Source of the DNA: a bacterium BMS3Abin08
GTDB lineage: Bacteria; Nitrospirota; Thermodesulfovibrionia; Thermodesulfovibrionales; JdFR-85
DNA: 64,000 bases
Reading direction: 5' to 3'
NCBI GenBank assembly: GCA_002897935.1
Contig: BDTA01000058.1
Location: forward strand, 5,486 to 69,485
Both the position numbers and the translations under genes were made by a program. Below the pieces are notes generated by a model that saw only the letters and a list, made by a program, of their open reading frames with translations, was not told the DNA's origin and made no database searches. Below, piece after piece: positions 8,065 through 17,601 of this stretch; the stretch's first letter is position 1, and every line of letters begins with the position of its first letter.

Positions 8065-9180
8065 ATGAAAAAGTTAAGTTATTGTTTGGTTGCTCTCAGT
8101 TGTCTGGCTCTTATTTTGACTATGGGATTCGGGAGCCACTCCAAGGCTGAGGCAGCCGACGCTGTTCACATTAGTTATGGCTACCATCCTTACTGGACAG
8201 GGGGATGGTCGGGCGTTGTTATAAAACACCGGGGACTCTGGAAAAAGTACCTTCCAAAGGGAAGTACCGTAAAATTCGAGGCACACCTTACCGGACCCCC
8301 AATAGTAAACGCCCTTCTGGCCGATAAGATGCAAATCGGCACCATGGGAGACATGCCATCTCTTGTGGCAACAACCAAAAAACGACAGGGGGATATTCGT
8401 CTTGTCAGTGTTCCCATGTTCAGTAACGGTCAGAACTGTAACCTGTTGGTTGTACGGAAGGATGCCCCTGATTTTAAAAGTCCCATGGAGGCACTCAAGT
8501 GGTTGAATGGGAAAAAGGTCGCTGTACACAGAGGAACCTGTGCCAACAGATTCCTGGATTCTATTCTGGAAAAGACCGGGGTAAAGCCCGCCGAGCGTCT
8601 TGATATGACGATTGAGGTCATTGCCTCGAACTTTGAGGCCGGCAAGCTGGACGGAGCCGCAATGTGGGAACCCCATGCCCGCAGGATTGTGAATCAGGGG
8701 TTTGCCAAATATGCAGCCACGGGGGCTCCCTGGGGTGAAACAGATGCGGATTTCACATTAATGCGGCAGGACTTTATTGAAAAACATCCGGAAGCGGCCA
8801 AGGGCTGGATACTGGCTGAAATAGAAGCAGAAAGAATCATGATTAATGAACCTATGGCCGTGGCCAAGATGGTAATGGAAGAGACCCAGGGCTATTCGGA
8901 AAAAACGCTCTGGGAGGCCCTTTACGAGGTGCATCCGGCATCCATAGGAGGAGATCCGGTCAAGTATGTTGCAAAGATGGTCTTCGACAAAGATGTTCTC
9001 AAGCTTATGGACCTTGGTTATGCATTTCTCCACAGGATGAAGGTCATCAGGACCGGCTCAATCCCTGAGGGTGCTATTAATGACAAACCGCTGAGGGCAG
9101 CCCTTAAGGAGTTAGGGTTACCTTACCAGGCCGTTGGTGAGATCAAGGGGTTACCGGCATCTGCCTACAAAGGTAATTAG
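8065..9180 (+). CDS. ABC transporter substrate-binding protein (NMT1/SsuA/TauA-like, NitT/TauT family)
   Basis: 371 aa with signal peptide MKKLSYCLVALSCLALILTMGFGSHSKAEA. Strong RBS aggagg 8 nt upstream. Followed by NitT/TauT-type permease and ATPase genes. Confidence 0.8.
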   Translation: MKKLSYCLVALSCLALILTMGFGSHSKAEAADAVHISYGYHPYWTGGWSGVVIKHRGLWKKYLPKGSTVKFEAHLTGPPIVNALLADKMQIGTMGDMPSLVATTKKRQGDIRLVSVPMFSNGQNCNLLVVRKDAPDFKSPMEALKWLNGKKVAVHRGTCANRFLDSILEKTGVKPAERLDMTIEVIASNFEAGKLDGAAMWEPHARRIVNQGFAKYAATGAPWGETDADFTLMRQDFIEKHPEAAKGWILAEIEAERIMINEPMAVAKMVMEETQGYSEKTLWEALYEVHPASIGGDPVKYVAKMVFDKDVLKLMDLGYAFLHRMKVIRTGSIPEGAINDKPLRAALKELGLPYQAVGEIKGLPASAYKGN

Positions 9181-9199
9181 CAAGTAAAACTACACTACG

Positions 9200-9230
9200 G
9201 CACAAGGGGGCTTGACAAGCCCCCTTGTGC
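9200..9230 (+). other. intercistronic 14-bp-stem hairpin after the binding-protein gene
   Basis: gcacaagggggctt-gac-aagcccccttgtgc is a perfect inverted repeat with no following T-run. More likely an mRNA stabiliser or attenuator than a full terminator. Confidence 0.5.
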
Positions 9231-9275
9231 ATACATAACCTATTGAACAAAGGGGAGGTTTCTAAGTTATATATT

Positions 9276-10208
9276 ATGAGTATGAACTTTATCTTTCCAA
9301 TAGTCGTTATTTCGGCCTTCGCTATATGGATATTCTACTATCGCCAAAAGAAACTCGCATTCTTCTCAGGCATCTCTACCGGCGAACAGATTAGAAAAAC
9401 ACTGACCAGCCAAAGATTCTGGCTGCTTATATTAGGGTTTGTCCTGACCATAGGGTTCTGGTATGTTGCGGTCTACTGGCTGCCCTTTAAGGCCTTTCAC
9501 CGTTTACCGGGACCTGACGAAGTTATCACCGAATGGCTGAGCCGGGACCCCTATTACGGCATCTCCATCTACACGAAAGAGTACTATGTACACATTCTTT
9601 ACAGCACCTACCGGGCGACAACCGCTTTTGTATTGGCCACAGTCCTTGGCGTGCCTTTTGGATTGATTATGGGATGGAACAGGAGATTTTATGAATACTC
9701 CTTCCCACTGGTGGAGATGATCAGACCCATACCCCCTCTGGCCTGGGTCCCTCTCGCAATCCTTATGCTCCCCGGGTCTGAACCGGCCGTTATCTTTGTA
9801 ACGTTTCTGGTAGCATTCTTCGTTACGGCTCTTAACACGCTCCTGGGGGTTCAATCCATTGACGAGGCCTATTTCCGTGCAGCCCGATGCCTCGGTGCAA
9901 GTTCAAAAGAAATCCTTTACGATGTTGTGATTCCAGGCTCTCTTCCTTTTATCTTTACCGGTTTGCAGATTGCCATGGGAGCGGCCTGGTTTTCTCTTGT
10001 AGCAGGGGAAATGATTGCGGCACAATACGGGTTGGGATACCTTATCTGGCAGGGATATTCTCTCGTTAAGTACCCAACCATAATCATAGGGATGTTGACG
10101 TTAGGCATTATTGGATATATCAGCAGTGTAGCAATTCGTTATGTTGGCAAAAAGTTGATGGCATGGCGGGAACAGGACCTGAGCGGATCCGGCGCTACTT
10201 ATGAATAG
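9276..10208 (+). CDS. ABC transporter permease 1 (NitT/TauT family)
   Basis: The EAA-loop region SIDEAYFRAARCLGASSKEILYDVVIPGSLP is typical of SsuC/TauC-type permeases. Start chosen at MSMNF; the track start at 9225 lies within the hairpin. Confidence 0.8.
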   Translation: MSMNFIFPIVVISAFAIWIFYYRQKKLAFFSGISTGEQIRKTLTSQRFWLLILGFVLTIGFWYVAVYWLPFKAFHRLPGPDEVITEWLSRDPYYGISIYTKEYYVHILYSTYRATTAFVLATVLGVPFGLIMGWNRRFYEYSFPLVEMIRPIPPLAWVPLAILMLPGSEPAVIFVTFLVAFFVTALNTLLGVQSIDEAYFRAARCLGASSKEILYDVVIPGSLPFIFTGLQIAMGAAWFSLVAGEMIAAQYGLGYLIWQGYSLVKYPTIIIGMLTLGIIGYISSVAIRYVGKKLMAWREQDLSGSGATYE

Positions 10209-10241
10209 TTAATTCAGAGAAATGAGATAAGAGAGTTAAAA

Positions 10242-11099
10242 ATGTCGACTTTAAGTCTAAAGAACTATAACAATGGAGAAAAAAGAGGTGCACTCTCAAT
10301 CCGGAATGCAACTAAAATCTACGACCCGGAAGGGGTGCATGTGGTTGCACTGGAGGAGTGCTCTCTGGAGGTCAAGGCAGGTGAATTCGTGGCGGTAGTC
10401 GGACCATCAGGGTGTGGCAAAACGACCTTGCTCAATATCATGGCCGGCTTTGATTCTCTGACCCGTGGAGAAATACATCTTGACGGTGAATTGTTAGCTG
10501 CACCCGGCGTCAAGCCCAATCCCGGACCTGACAGGGTGGTTGTCTTTCAGCAGGGAGCCCTTTTCCCCTGGAAGACCGTCCTTGAAAATGTCATTTACGG
10601 CCCGGTAATACAAAAAAAGATGTCCAAAGACGAGGCAATGAAGACCGGCCGGGAGAGGCTTAGCCGGGTCGGGCTGGGACAGATAGAAAATGTATATCCC
10701 GGCCAACTCTCCTCCGGTATGCAGAGGAGAGTCGAGATTGTGAGGGCGCTTATAAACAATCCCCTCGTTCTCTTATTGGACGAACCATTCAGGGGCATGG
10801 ATTCGGTGACCAAAAGTGCCAGTCATGCATGCCTGCTGGAACTTTATGATATATTTCACAAAACGATTTACTTTATTACCCATGACCTGGAGGAGGCCAT
10901 CTTCCTGTCCGACACCGTTGCGGTTATGACTACACGGCCCGGCAAGATCCGATTGACAATAGATGTGGACCTGCCACGCCCGAGAAACTATCGCATGCTT
11001 TCTTCCGACAAGTTCCTGAAATTGAAGGCGATGGCCAAGGATGCGGTCCATGAGGAGGCCTTGAAGGCATTCCAACGTGGTGAAAGGGAGTTGGCATAA
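10242..11099 (+). CDS. ABC transporter ATP-binding protein 1
   Basis: Walker A GPSGCGKTT, signature LSSGMQRR, Walker B LLLDEPF. Confidence 0.85.
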   Translation: MSTLSLKNYNNGEKRGALSIRNATKIYDPEGVHVVALEECSLEVKAGEFVAVVGPSGCGKTTLLNIMAGFDSLTRGEIHLDGELLAAPGVKPNPGPDRVVVFQQGALFPWKTVLENVIYGPVIQKKMSKDEAMKTGRERLSRVGLGQIENVYPGQLSSGMQRRVEIVRALINNPLVLLLDEPFRGMDSVTKSASHACLLELYDIFHKTIYFITHDLEEAIFLSDTVAVMTTRPGKIRLTIDVDLPRPRNYRMLSSDKFLKLKAMAKDAVHEEALKAFQRGERELA

Positions 11100-11100
11100 T

Positions 11101-11946
11101 ATGGATGAGATGAACACCTCAAAAACAGACCAGGATACAGGATTGACCGTTAAAAGAGGTACGTCATTAAGCATGAAACTGAAGAAGAAGCTCCTGAACA
11201 GGACCAACATAAACGGTGCCGTCGCCATTTTGGGCTTTTTTGTATTATGGTACATCCTCGTAGTGATTCAGGCTCCGTTTATGAAACATATCCCCACACC
11301 TATAACAGTCTCAAAGACATTCCTTGTATTTCTTCAAAAGAAACTCTTCTGGATAAGCCTGTGGTTCAGTACAAAAAGGGTATTCTATGGGTTTGCCGTT
11401 GCCATGATCCTGGGTATCCCCCTGGGTCTTGCCATGGGATGGAGTCAAAAATTTAAAGACCTGGCCTTCCCGGTGTTCGAAGTCTTACGTCCAATCCCCC
11501 CCTTAGCCTGGGTTCCCGTCTCCATCCTTTTTTGGCCAACCAACGAACTCAGCATTATCTTCATAACATTCATCGGCGCTTTTTTTACCATTGTGCTGAA
11601 TGTGTTACGGGGGGTGGCATCTATCGACAAAGAACTGTACCGTTCCGCTATCTCTCTGGGAGCCAAACCACGGCATATATTCTGGAAGATCATTCTGCCT
11701 GCGAGTATCCCGTCCATTGCCACCGGTATGATGGTAGGCATAGGTATTACCTGGAACGTTGTGATAGCCGCCGAGATGATCGCCGGCAACAGGGGTATAG
11801 GACGGCTTACATGGGAAGGTTATCTTGCCGGCGATACACCAACGATCATAGTAGGCATGATCACCATAGGTTTTGCCGGGTGGCTTTCAAGCGCAATCGT
11901 CAAGATCGTTGCAGACAAAATGATGCCTTGGCGCAAACTATTTTAG
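11101..11946 (+). CDS. ABC transporter permease 2 (NitT/TauT family)
   Basis: Paralogue of 9276-10208 (shared LRPIPPLAWVP and SIDKELYRSAISLGAKPRHIFWKIILPASIP). Start taken at the ATG 2 nt after the preceding stop. Confidence 0.8.
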   Translation: MDEMNTSKTDQDTGLTVKRGTSLSMKLKKKLLNRTNINGAVAILGFFVLWYILVVIQAPFMKHIPTPITVSKTFLVFLQKKLFWISLWFSTKRVFYGFAVAMILGIPLGLAMGWSQKFKDLAFPVFEVLRPIPPLAWVPVSILFWPTNELSIIFITFIGAFFTIVLNVLRGVASIDKELYRSAISLGAKPRHIFWKIILPASIPSIATGMMVGIGITWNVVIAAEMIAGNRGIGRLTWEGYLAGDTPTIIVGMITIGFAGWLSSAIVKIVADKMMPWRKLF

Positions 11947-11965
11947 AATATATCGAGGTGTAAAA

Positions 11966-12829
11966 ATGGATACGGTTAAAGAAAAAAAGGGACATTTGAA
12001 GGCTGTTAAACTCATCAAACGCTTCCATCAGGCTGGAAGAGAGCCTCTGGTGGTCTTAAAGGATTGTTCCCTATCTGTTGAACCGGGAAAGCTGAATGTA
12101 TTGATCGGAACTTCCGGTTGTGGCAAATCCACTCTGGCAAACATTCTGGCCGGATACGATCGTCCAAATTCCGGACGGATAACGATGGATGGGACCCCGC
12201 TGAACGGCTCCGGCCCCGACAGGCTGATGGTTTTTCAGGAAACCGCCCTATGGCCCTGGATGACCGTCATTGACAACGTGATTTTCGGCCCTACTGTCCG
12301 TGGTGAAATGTCGAAAAAGAAGGCCAAGCTGGAAGCCACCCGGATTCTTGAACTGGTCGGACTTCAGGACTTCTGTGAAAAATACCCTGCTCAGCTCTCA
12401 GGCGGTATGCAACGCAGAGCCGAACTGGCACGGGCACTGATCAACAATCCCAAGGTCATGATAATGGATGAGCCCTTCAGGGGGCTTGATGATATGACGC
12501 GTGAGCTTATGCAGGAGTACTATCTCAAGATTTTTGATGAGAGCCATTGCACCACCCTCTTTATCACCGCTGAAATTGAGGAGGCCATCTTCCTTGCCGA
12601 TCGTATCCTCATAATGACCTATCTCCCTGGAAGTATCAAAACGGTTATCGAGGTAGACCTGCCCAGACCCCGTGACTATAGGGTCCTTACTTCAAAACGC
12701 TATCTGGAGATTAAAGGGGAAACACTTGAGTGTCTGCACGAGGAAGGACAAAAATCTTTCGGTGATGAATGTAATATAGCAAGCAGTATGGTGGCTGAAT
12801 TCAGACGGTTAGCCAAAGAGGTAGAGTGA
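11966..12829 (+). CDS. ABC transporter ATP-binding protein 2
   Basis: Walker A GTSGCGKST, signature LSGGMQRR, Walker B MIMDEPF. Confidence 0.85.
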   Translation: MDTVKEKKGHLKAVKLIKRFHQAGREPLVVLKDCSLSVEPGKLNVLIGTSGCGKSTLANILAGYDRPNSGRITMDGTPLNGSGPDRLMVFQETALWPWMTVIDNVIFGPTVRGEMSKKKAKLEATRILELVGLQDFCEKYPAQLSGGMQRRAELARALINNPKVMIMDEPFRGLDDMTRELMQEYYLKIFDESHCTTLFITAEIEEAIFLADRILIMTYLPGSIKTVIEVDLPRPRDYRVLTSKRYLEIKGETLECLHEEGQKSFGDECNIASSMVAEFRRLAKEVE

Positions 12830-12851
12830 AGGTTCAGGGATGTTTTGCTAT

Positions 12852-12936
12852 TGGTGCGAGAGAGGGGAGTTGAACCCCTACGGGAAATCCCACTGGATCC
12901 TAAGTCCAGCGCGTCTGCCGGTTCCGCCACTCTCGC
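12852..12936 (-). tRNA. tRNA-Leu (anticodon TAG), CCA encoded
   Basis: The reverse complement is GCGAGAGTGGCGGAACCGGCAGACGCGCTGGACTTAGGATCCAGTGGGATTTCCCGTAGGGGTTCAACTCCCCTCTCTCGCACCA. It has a 7-bp acceptor stem, an anticodon stem CTGGA/TCCAG with loop CTTAGGA, a long variable arm and a GGTTCAA T-loop. Confidence 0.9.
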
Positions 12937-13227
12937 TTAGGAGTGCTACCACAAATTTTAATGCATTTTACGGTATTCCGTCAATTATTCTGTTACAGGA
13001 GTTCCACAATTTGACTGGTTTTATCCCGCCCCTATCCCCTTCCCCCGGAGTGGCGGCTTAAAATCAAGGGACTGAAAGAAACCATAGTGATTTACCCATC
13101 GATCCTCCGATACCAATATAGACTCCTACAGAAAACGGCTTTCTCCTGAATCCCCTCTGAATTGCCTTTATTATCCTTGTTTTTCTCTGTTATAATTACT
13201 TATTGCTGGATTGGGGGGGATTATACT

Positions 13228-14190
13228 ATGAAGTTTTGGCTTGGGCTCATCCTCGGAGCCCTTATCCTCGGGGCCATCGTGTTTCTTTCCGGCTGCGACT
13301 CGGGTGGGGAGCGGAAGGAGATTGACTTGAGCGCCCGGATCAGCAATGCCGATTTACGGAAACTTGCTCAGGCCAAGAAAGATGTTGACGTGTTGTGGTT
13401 CGGCTTTGACCTGCGAGCCGGTCCGAAAGAGGATGCCCGGCAGTACATACCGTTTCTGAAATATCTGCAAAGATCAACCGGCTATCGATTTAATCTCCGA
13501 TTCACACCGAAAGGCGGCAGTATTGCAAATGAACTTGGCAGGGGTGTGGTGCAGTTCGCAGCCGTTGGAGCGGGCACCTACATCTTGGCACACGCCAAAT
13601 ACGGGGTCATCCCGGTCGTACGCGGACTCAACTCACAGGGAAAGGCACAATACCGCTCCGTGATCGTCGTACGGCCCGACAGTCCCATCCGGAAGATTGA
13701 AGACCTGCGGGGCAGGAACTTCGCCTTCGGGAGCATCACCTCCACGCAGGGGTATCTTATTCCAGGGATTATTCTGCTCAAGCACGGCATTACACTAAGA
13801 GATCTCGGATCTTACCGCTTTACGGGTTCACACCGCAACTGTGCCAAGGCAGTAATATCCCATCGATTCGATGCCTGCGGGATGCAGGACACAATGGGTA
13901 AGAAGCTGGCAAAGGAAGGGCTGCTCCGCATCATATACACATCGAAACCCTATCCATCCAGCGGCATTGCGGCCAACAGGGACGTCCCCTCCGTGGTTCT
14001 GTCCAGGGTCAAACAGGCCCTGCTTGATTTTCAGCCCAAGGGGCGCGATGCGGCGGGCCTCTACAATTGGGACAAGACAGAGATGCCACGGGGGTTTATA
14101 GAGGCCCATGACGGGGATTACGCGGAACTTCGCAAATGGGCAAAGAAACTCGGGTATATTCCCGACATCAACCCTGAGACGGTGCCGTGA
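13228..14190 (+). CDS. PhnD-like periplasmic binding lipoprotein (phosphonate/phosphite-type SBP fold)
   Basis: Start at MKFWLGLILGALILGAIVFLSGC (lipobox LSGC), with a G-rich RBS upstream. Contains FGSITSTQGYLIP and IYTSKPYPSSGIAA, typical of the PhnD family. No ABC permease or ATPase is adjacent. Confidence 0.7.
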   Translation: MKFWLGLILGALILGAIVFLSGCDSGGERKEIDLSARISNADLRKLAQAKKDVDVLWFGFDLRAGPKEDARQYIPFLKYLQRSTGYRFNLRFTPKGGSIANELGRGVVQFAAVGAGTYILAHAKYGVIPVVRGLNSQGKAQYRSVIVVRPDSPIRKIEDLRGRNFAFGSITSTQGYLIPGIILLKHGITLRDLGSYRFTGSHRNCAKAVISHRFDACGMQDTMGKKLAKEGLLRIIYTSKPYPSSGIAANRDVPSVVLSRVKQALLDFQPKGRDAAGLYNWDKTEMPRGFIEAHDGDYAELRKWAKKLGYIPDINPETVP

Positions 14191-16607
14191 GACTTCAAAC
14201 CAAAATCATCCTGCTGATCTTCTTCATTGCGGTAAGCATCGGTCTGTTGTCTTCACTGTTGGTCAGCCGCCTCATGTTCAAGGCATTGGAGAAGGAGATG
14301 GAACAGGAAGGTCTAATCCTTGCCCAGGCACTCGCGGAACATATCACTCTCGATGTAATCAACCACGATATTCTTTCCACCCGTGAAGCCCTCCGTAATA
14401 TTGTGAGGCGCACGGAGGACGTGGACTTTGCATACGTCATCGGATTCGACGGAAGTATATTCACATACTCATTCGAGGGTGGTTTTCCAAGGGCATTGCT
14501 GAAGAAAACGCATGAAGTGCTCCACGGGGAAGCCATTGACAGGTACACAACCGGGGAAGGCCCTATTGTGGAAATAGGCTACCCGCTCATCAACGGCATG
14601 CAAGCACGAATCTACGTAGGGGTGAATGAGAGGAATATATACAGCCAAATCGACAACATGCGTAATCGCATAATATACCTCACTTTCAGCATAGTGCTGC
14701 TTGGTATTTTGTTGGGCATTATTCTGAGCCGTCGTATTGTCAGGCCCCTCGAACGGTTGTCGGAATCCATGCGGGCCTTCGGTAAAGGGGAAGTTGAAGA
14801 TGAGATTGTTTTGAGCGGTAAAGGGCTGGAAGTGAATGAACTGATGCGCTCCTTCAATAATATGATATCCGGACGTAAACGGGTGGAGGAGGAATTACGC
14901 AGAGTCAACCGTGCGCTTAAGACGCTCAGTGGATGCAACCAGGCGGTATTGCGTGCCGGGGAGGAGGCGGACCTGCTGCGTGACATATGCCGGATCATAG
15001 TGGAATACGGCGGCTATCGCATGGCATGGGTCGGCTTCGCCGAGCAGGACGAAGACAAGACCGTACGTGTCGTGGCACAGGCAGGATACGATGATGGGTA
15101 TCTCGGTACGGTGAACATAACATGGGCGGATACGGAACAGGGGCGTGGTCCCACAGGCACGGCCATCCGGACCGGCAAACCCTGCATTGCAAAAAACATC
15201 CTGACCGATCCTGAATACACCCCCTGGCGGGCTGAAGCGACCAGACGCGGCTATGCATCATCGCTATCTCTCCCCCTGACCGCAAACGCACAGCCCTTTG
15301 GTGCGCTGAACATATATGCCGCGGAACCGGATGCCTTTGACACAGAGGAAGTGAAGCTGCTGACGGAACTGTCCGACGACCTGGTGTTCGGCATCAAGTC
15401 GCTGCGCGCGCGAATTAAGCACAAGCAAACGAGGGAGGAGAAAGAAGAGATACATGCCCAACTCCTCCACGCGCAGAAAATGGAAGCCGTTGGAACATTA
15501 ACCGCGGGGATAGCCCACGACTTCAATAATCTGCTGACAGCCATCATTGGTTACAGCGAGATCCTGTTGAACCGTCTTGAAGAACGCAACCCCCTGCGCA
15601 AGGACATTGAACAGATCAAGAAAGCCGGGGAACGGGCCGCCTCGCTGACCCGTCAGCTCCTGGCCTTCAGCCGCAGGCAGGTGCTCCAAACTAAGGTACT
15701 GAACCTCAATGCCCTGGTTGAGGGTATGGATAACATGCTTCGGCATCTTATCGGTGAGGACGTTGACCTAATTACCGTTTTAGGGCCGGGGCTGGCGTGT
15801 GTAAAAGCCGATCCGGGCCAGATCGAACATGTCATCATGAACCTCGCCATCAACGCCCGCGACGCCATGCCCGAAGGCAGAAAACTCACTATCATGACGG
15901 AAAACGTGACCCTGAACAAAGTCCATTGCTCTACCATCCCCGAGGCCCGACCCGGTGACTTTGTCTGTCTGTCCGTTGCGGACTCGGGTGTCGGCATGGA
16001 TAAAGAAATCCTCCAGCACATCTTTGAACCCTTCTTCAGCACAAAGGAAGCTGGAAAGGGGACCGGCCTCGGCCTGTCCGTTGTCTACGGCATTGTTAAA
16101 CAGCACGGCGGGTGGGTAAATGTTTACAGTGAGCCCGGACAAGGCTCGATATTCAAGGTCTACCTGCCGGCTTTTTTCGCGACTGCGGACGACAAAACCG
16201 AAGAGACAGTCCCGTTACAGGGGCTTCGGGGCAACGGCGAACGGATTCTCCTTGTTGAGGATGAAACAGAGGTCCTTGAATTTGCCGTGAGGGTGCTTGC
16301 TGAAAACAACTACTCCGTATTTAAGGCCGCAAATGCAAAAGAGGCGATGGATATCTTTGAGAGAGAAAAGGGGGATTTCCATGTTGTCTTCAGCGACGTG
16401 GTACTGCCTGATAAAAACGGTCTTCAGTTGGTTAACCAATTACTCTCTCACAAACCCGGACTCCGGGTCTTGCTGAGCAGCGGGTACGCGGACCGGAAAA
16501 CGCAATGGCCCCTTATACGCAAAATGGGATTCCGGTTTCTACAGAAACCTTACGCCTTGAGCGATCTGCTTCTGGCAGTCAGAGAGGTTTTAGGGCAGGC
16601 CGGATAA
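14187..16607 (+). CDS. hybrid sensor histidine kinase (2 TM sensor, HAMP, GAF, HisKA, HATPase_c, C-terminal receiver)
   Basis: 806 aa. The GTG start overlaps the upstream stop (GTGA). H-box [11 protein letters not shown]-boxes DSGVGM and GTGLGLS, receiver ILLVEDE...[11 protein letters not shown]. Confidence 0.85.
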   Translation: MRLQTKIILLIFFIAVSIGLLSSLLVSRLMFKALEKEMEQEGLILAQALAEHITLDVINHDILSTREALRNIVRRTEDVDFAYVIGFDGSIFTYSFEGGFPRALLKKTHEVLHGEAIDRYTTGEGPIVEIGYPLINGMQARIYVGVNERNIYSQIDNMRNRIIYLTFSIVLLGILLGIILSRRIVRPLERLSESMRAFGKGEVEDEIVLSGKGLEVNELMRSFNNMISGRKRVEEELRRVNRALKTLSGCNQAVLRAGEEADLLRDICRIIVEYGGYRMAWVGFAEQDEDKTVRVVAQAGYDDGYLGTVNITWADTEQGRGPTGTAIRTGKPCIAKNILTDPEYTPWRAEATRRGYASSLSLPLTANAQPFGALNIYAAEPDAFDTEEVKLLTELSDDLVFGIKSLRARIKHKQTREEKEEIHAQLLHAQKMEAVGTLTAGIAHDFNNLLTAIIGYSEILLNRLEERNPLRKDIEQIKKAGERAASLTRQLLAFSRRQVLQTKVLNLNALVEGMDNMLRHLIGEDVDLITVLGPGLACVKADPGQIEHVIMNLAINARDAMPEGRKLTIMTENVTLNKVHCSTIPEARPGDFVCLSVADSGVGMDKEILQHIFEPFFSTKEAGKGTGLGLSVVYGIVKQHGGWVNVYSEPGQGSIFKVYLPAFFATADDKTEETVPLQGLRGNGERILLVEDETEVLEFAVRVLAENNYSVFKAANAKEAMDIFEREKGDFHVVFSDVVLPDKNGLQLVNQLLSHKPGLRVLLSSGYADRKTQWPLIRKMGFRFLQKPYALSDLLLAVREVLGQAG

Positions 16608-16624
16608 AAACAGCGAAACAAAAG

Positions 16625-16648
16625 CCTGCATATCTCAGATGCAGGTTT
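16625..16648 (+). terminator. possible rho-independent terminator after the hybrid kinase
   Basis: cctgcat-atctcag-atgcagg followed by ttt. The stem is short (7 bp), so confidence is low. Confidence 0.35.
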
Positions 16649-16908
16649 AAATGATATACATTTACTCTGACTTGTCATTTCAAGCCTCTCTTGACACCTC
16701 CAAGGCCCTTCGTCCTTTTTATTTATAATCGAGTTATTGTAAACTTATATTAGATCAATATCCCCTGTGCCGTAGAGCACTGTTAAGGTTCTTCCGGGAA
16801 GTCCTGAAATCTCCCGAAGGGACAGGTTATGCATATTGTAATACCTCTACCCATATATTTACCGGAAGGATTCATAACTTCTTCACAGTCGGAATACTAT
16901 TATAGGAT

Positions 16909-17601
16909 ATGGATAATATGAAAATACTGATTGTAGAAGATGAGCAAAAGATAGCGGATATCGTAAAGGCCTATCTTGAAAAGGAAGGCTTTACGATATT
17001 TACTGCTGAAAACGGCCGGCGTGCCATTGAACTACTGAAAGAGGGTTTTGGTTTGATCATTCTCGATTTAATGCTTCCGGATATCTCAGGAGAAGAGATA
17101 TGCAGCACAATCCGTAACGACTCGGATATTCCGATTATAATGTTAACCGCAAAGAGTGAAGAAGATGAGAGAATCAAGGGCCTGGGCCTTGGAGCCGACG
17201 ACTACGTTGTCAAACCCTTCAGCCCAAGAGAACTCGTAGCACGTGTAAAGGCACTTTTAAGGAGGACAAAGGGGCAGAAGAAGGCTTACAGTTTCAACGG
17301 CAGCGATCTCACGATAGATGCTTCTTCTCTTGAGGTATACAAGGGAGGAGCCCTGGTAGTCCTTACACCTACCGAGTTTAAGCTGCTTCAATGCCTTGCG
17401 GAGAGGCCCGGGCAGGTCTTTACCCGTTTGCAGCTTGTCAACACTATCCTGGGATATGACTTTGAAGGGTATGACAGGACAATCGATGCACACATAAAAA
17501 ACATAAGGCAGAAGATAGAAGACAGCCCGAGGAACCCCGCCTATATAAAAACCGTCTATGGTGTAGGGTACAAATTCATCGGCAAGGCAGATGAGGACTA
17601 A
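16909..17601 (+). CDS. OmpR-family response regulator
   Basis: 230 aa. Receiver ILIVEDE...LDLMLPD...MLTAK and a winged-helix C-terminus (YIKTVYGVGYKF). Confidence 0.9.
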   Translation: MDNMKILIVEDEQKIADIVKAYLEKEGFTIFTAENGRRAIELLKEGFGLIILDLMLPDISGEEICSTIRNDSDIPIIMLTAKSEEDERIKGLGLGADDYVVKPFSPRELVARVKALLRRTKGQKKAYSFNGSDLTIDASSLEVYKGGALVVLTPTEFKLLQCLAERPGQVFTRLQLVNTILGYDFEGYDRTIDAHIKNIRQKIEDSPRNPAYIKTVYGVGYKFIGKADED

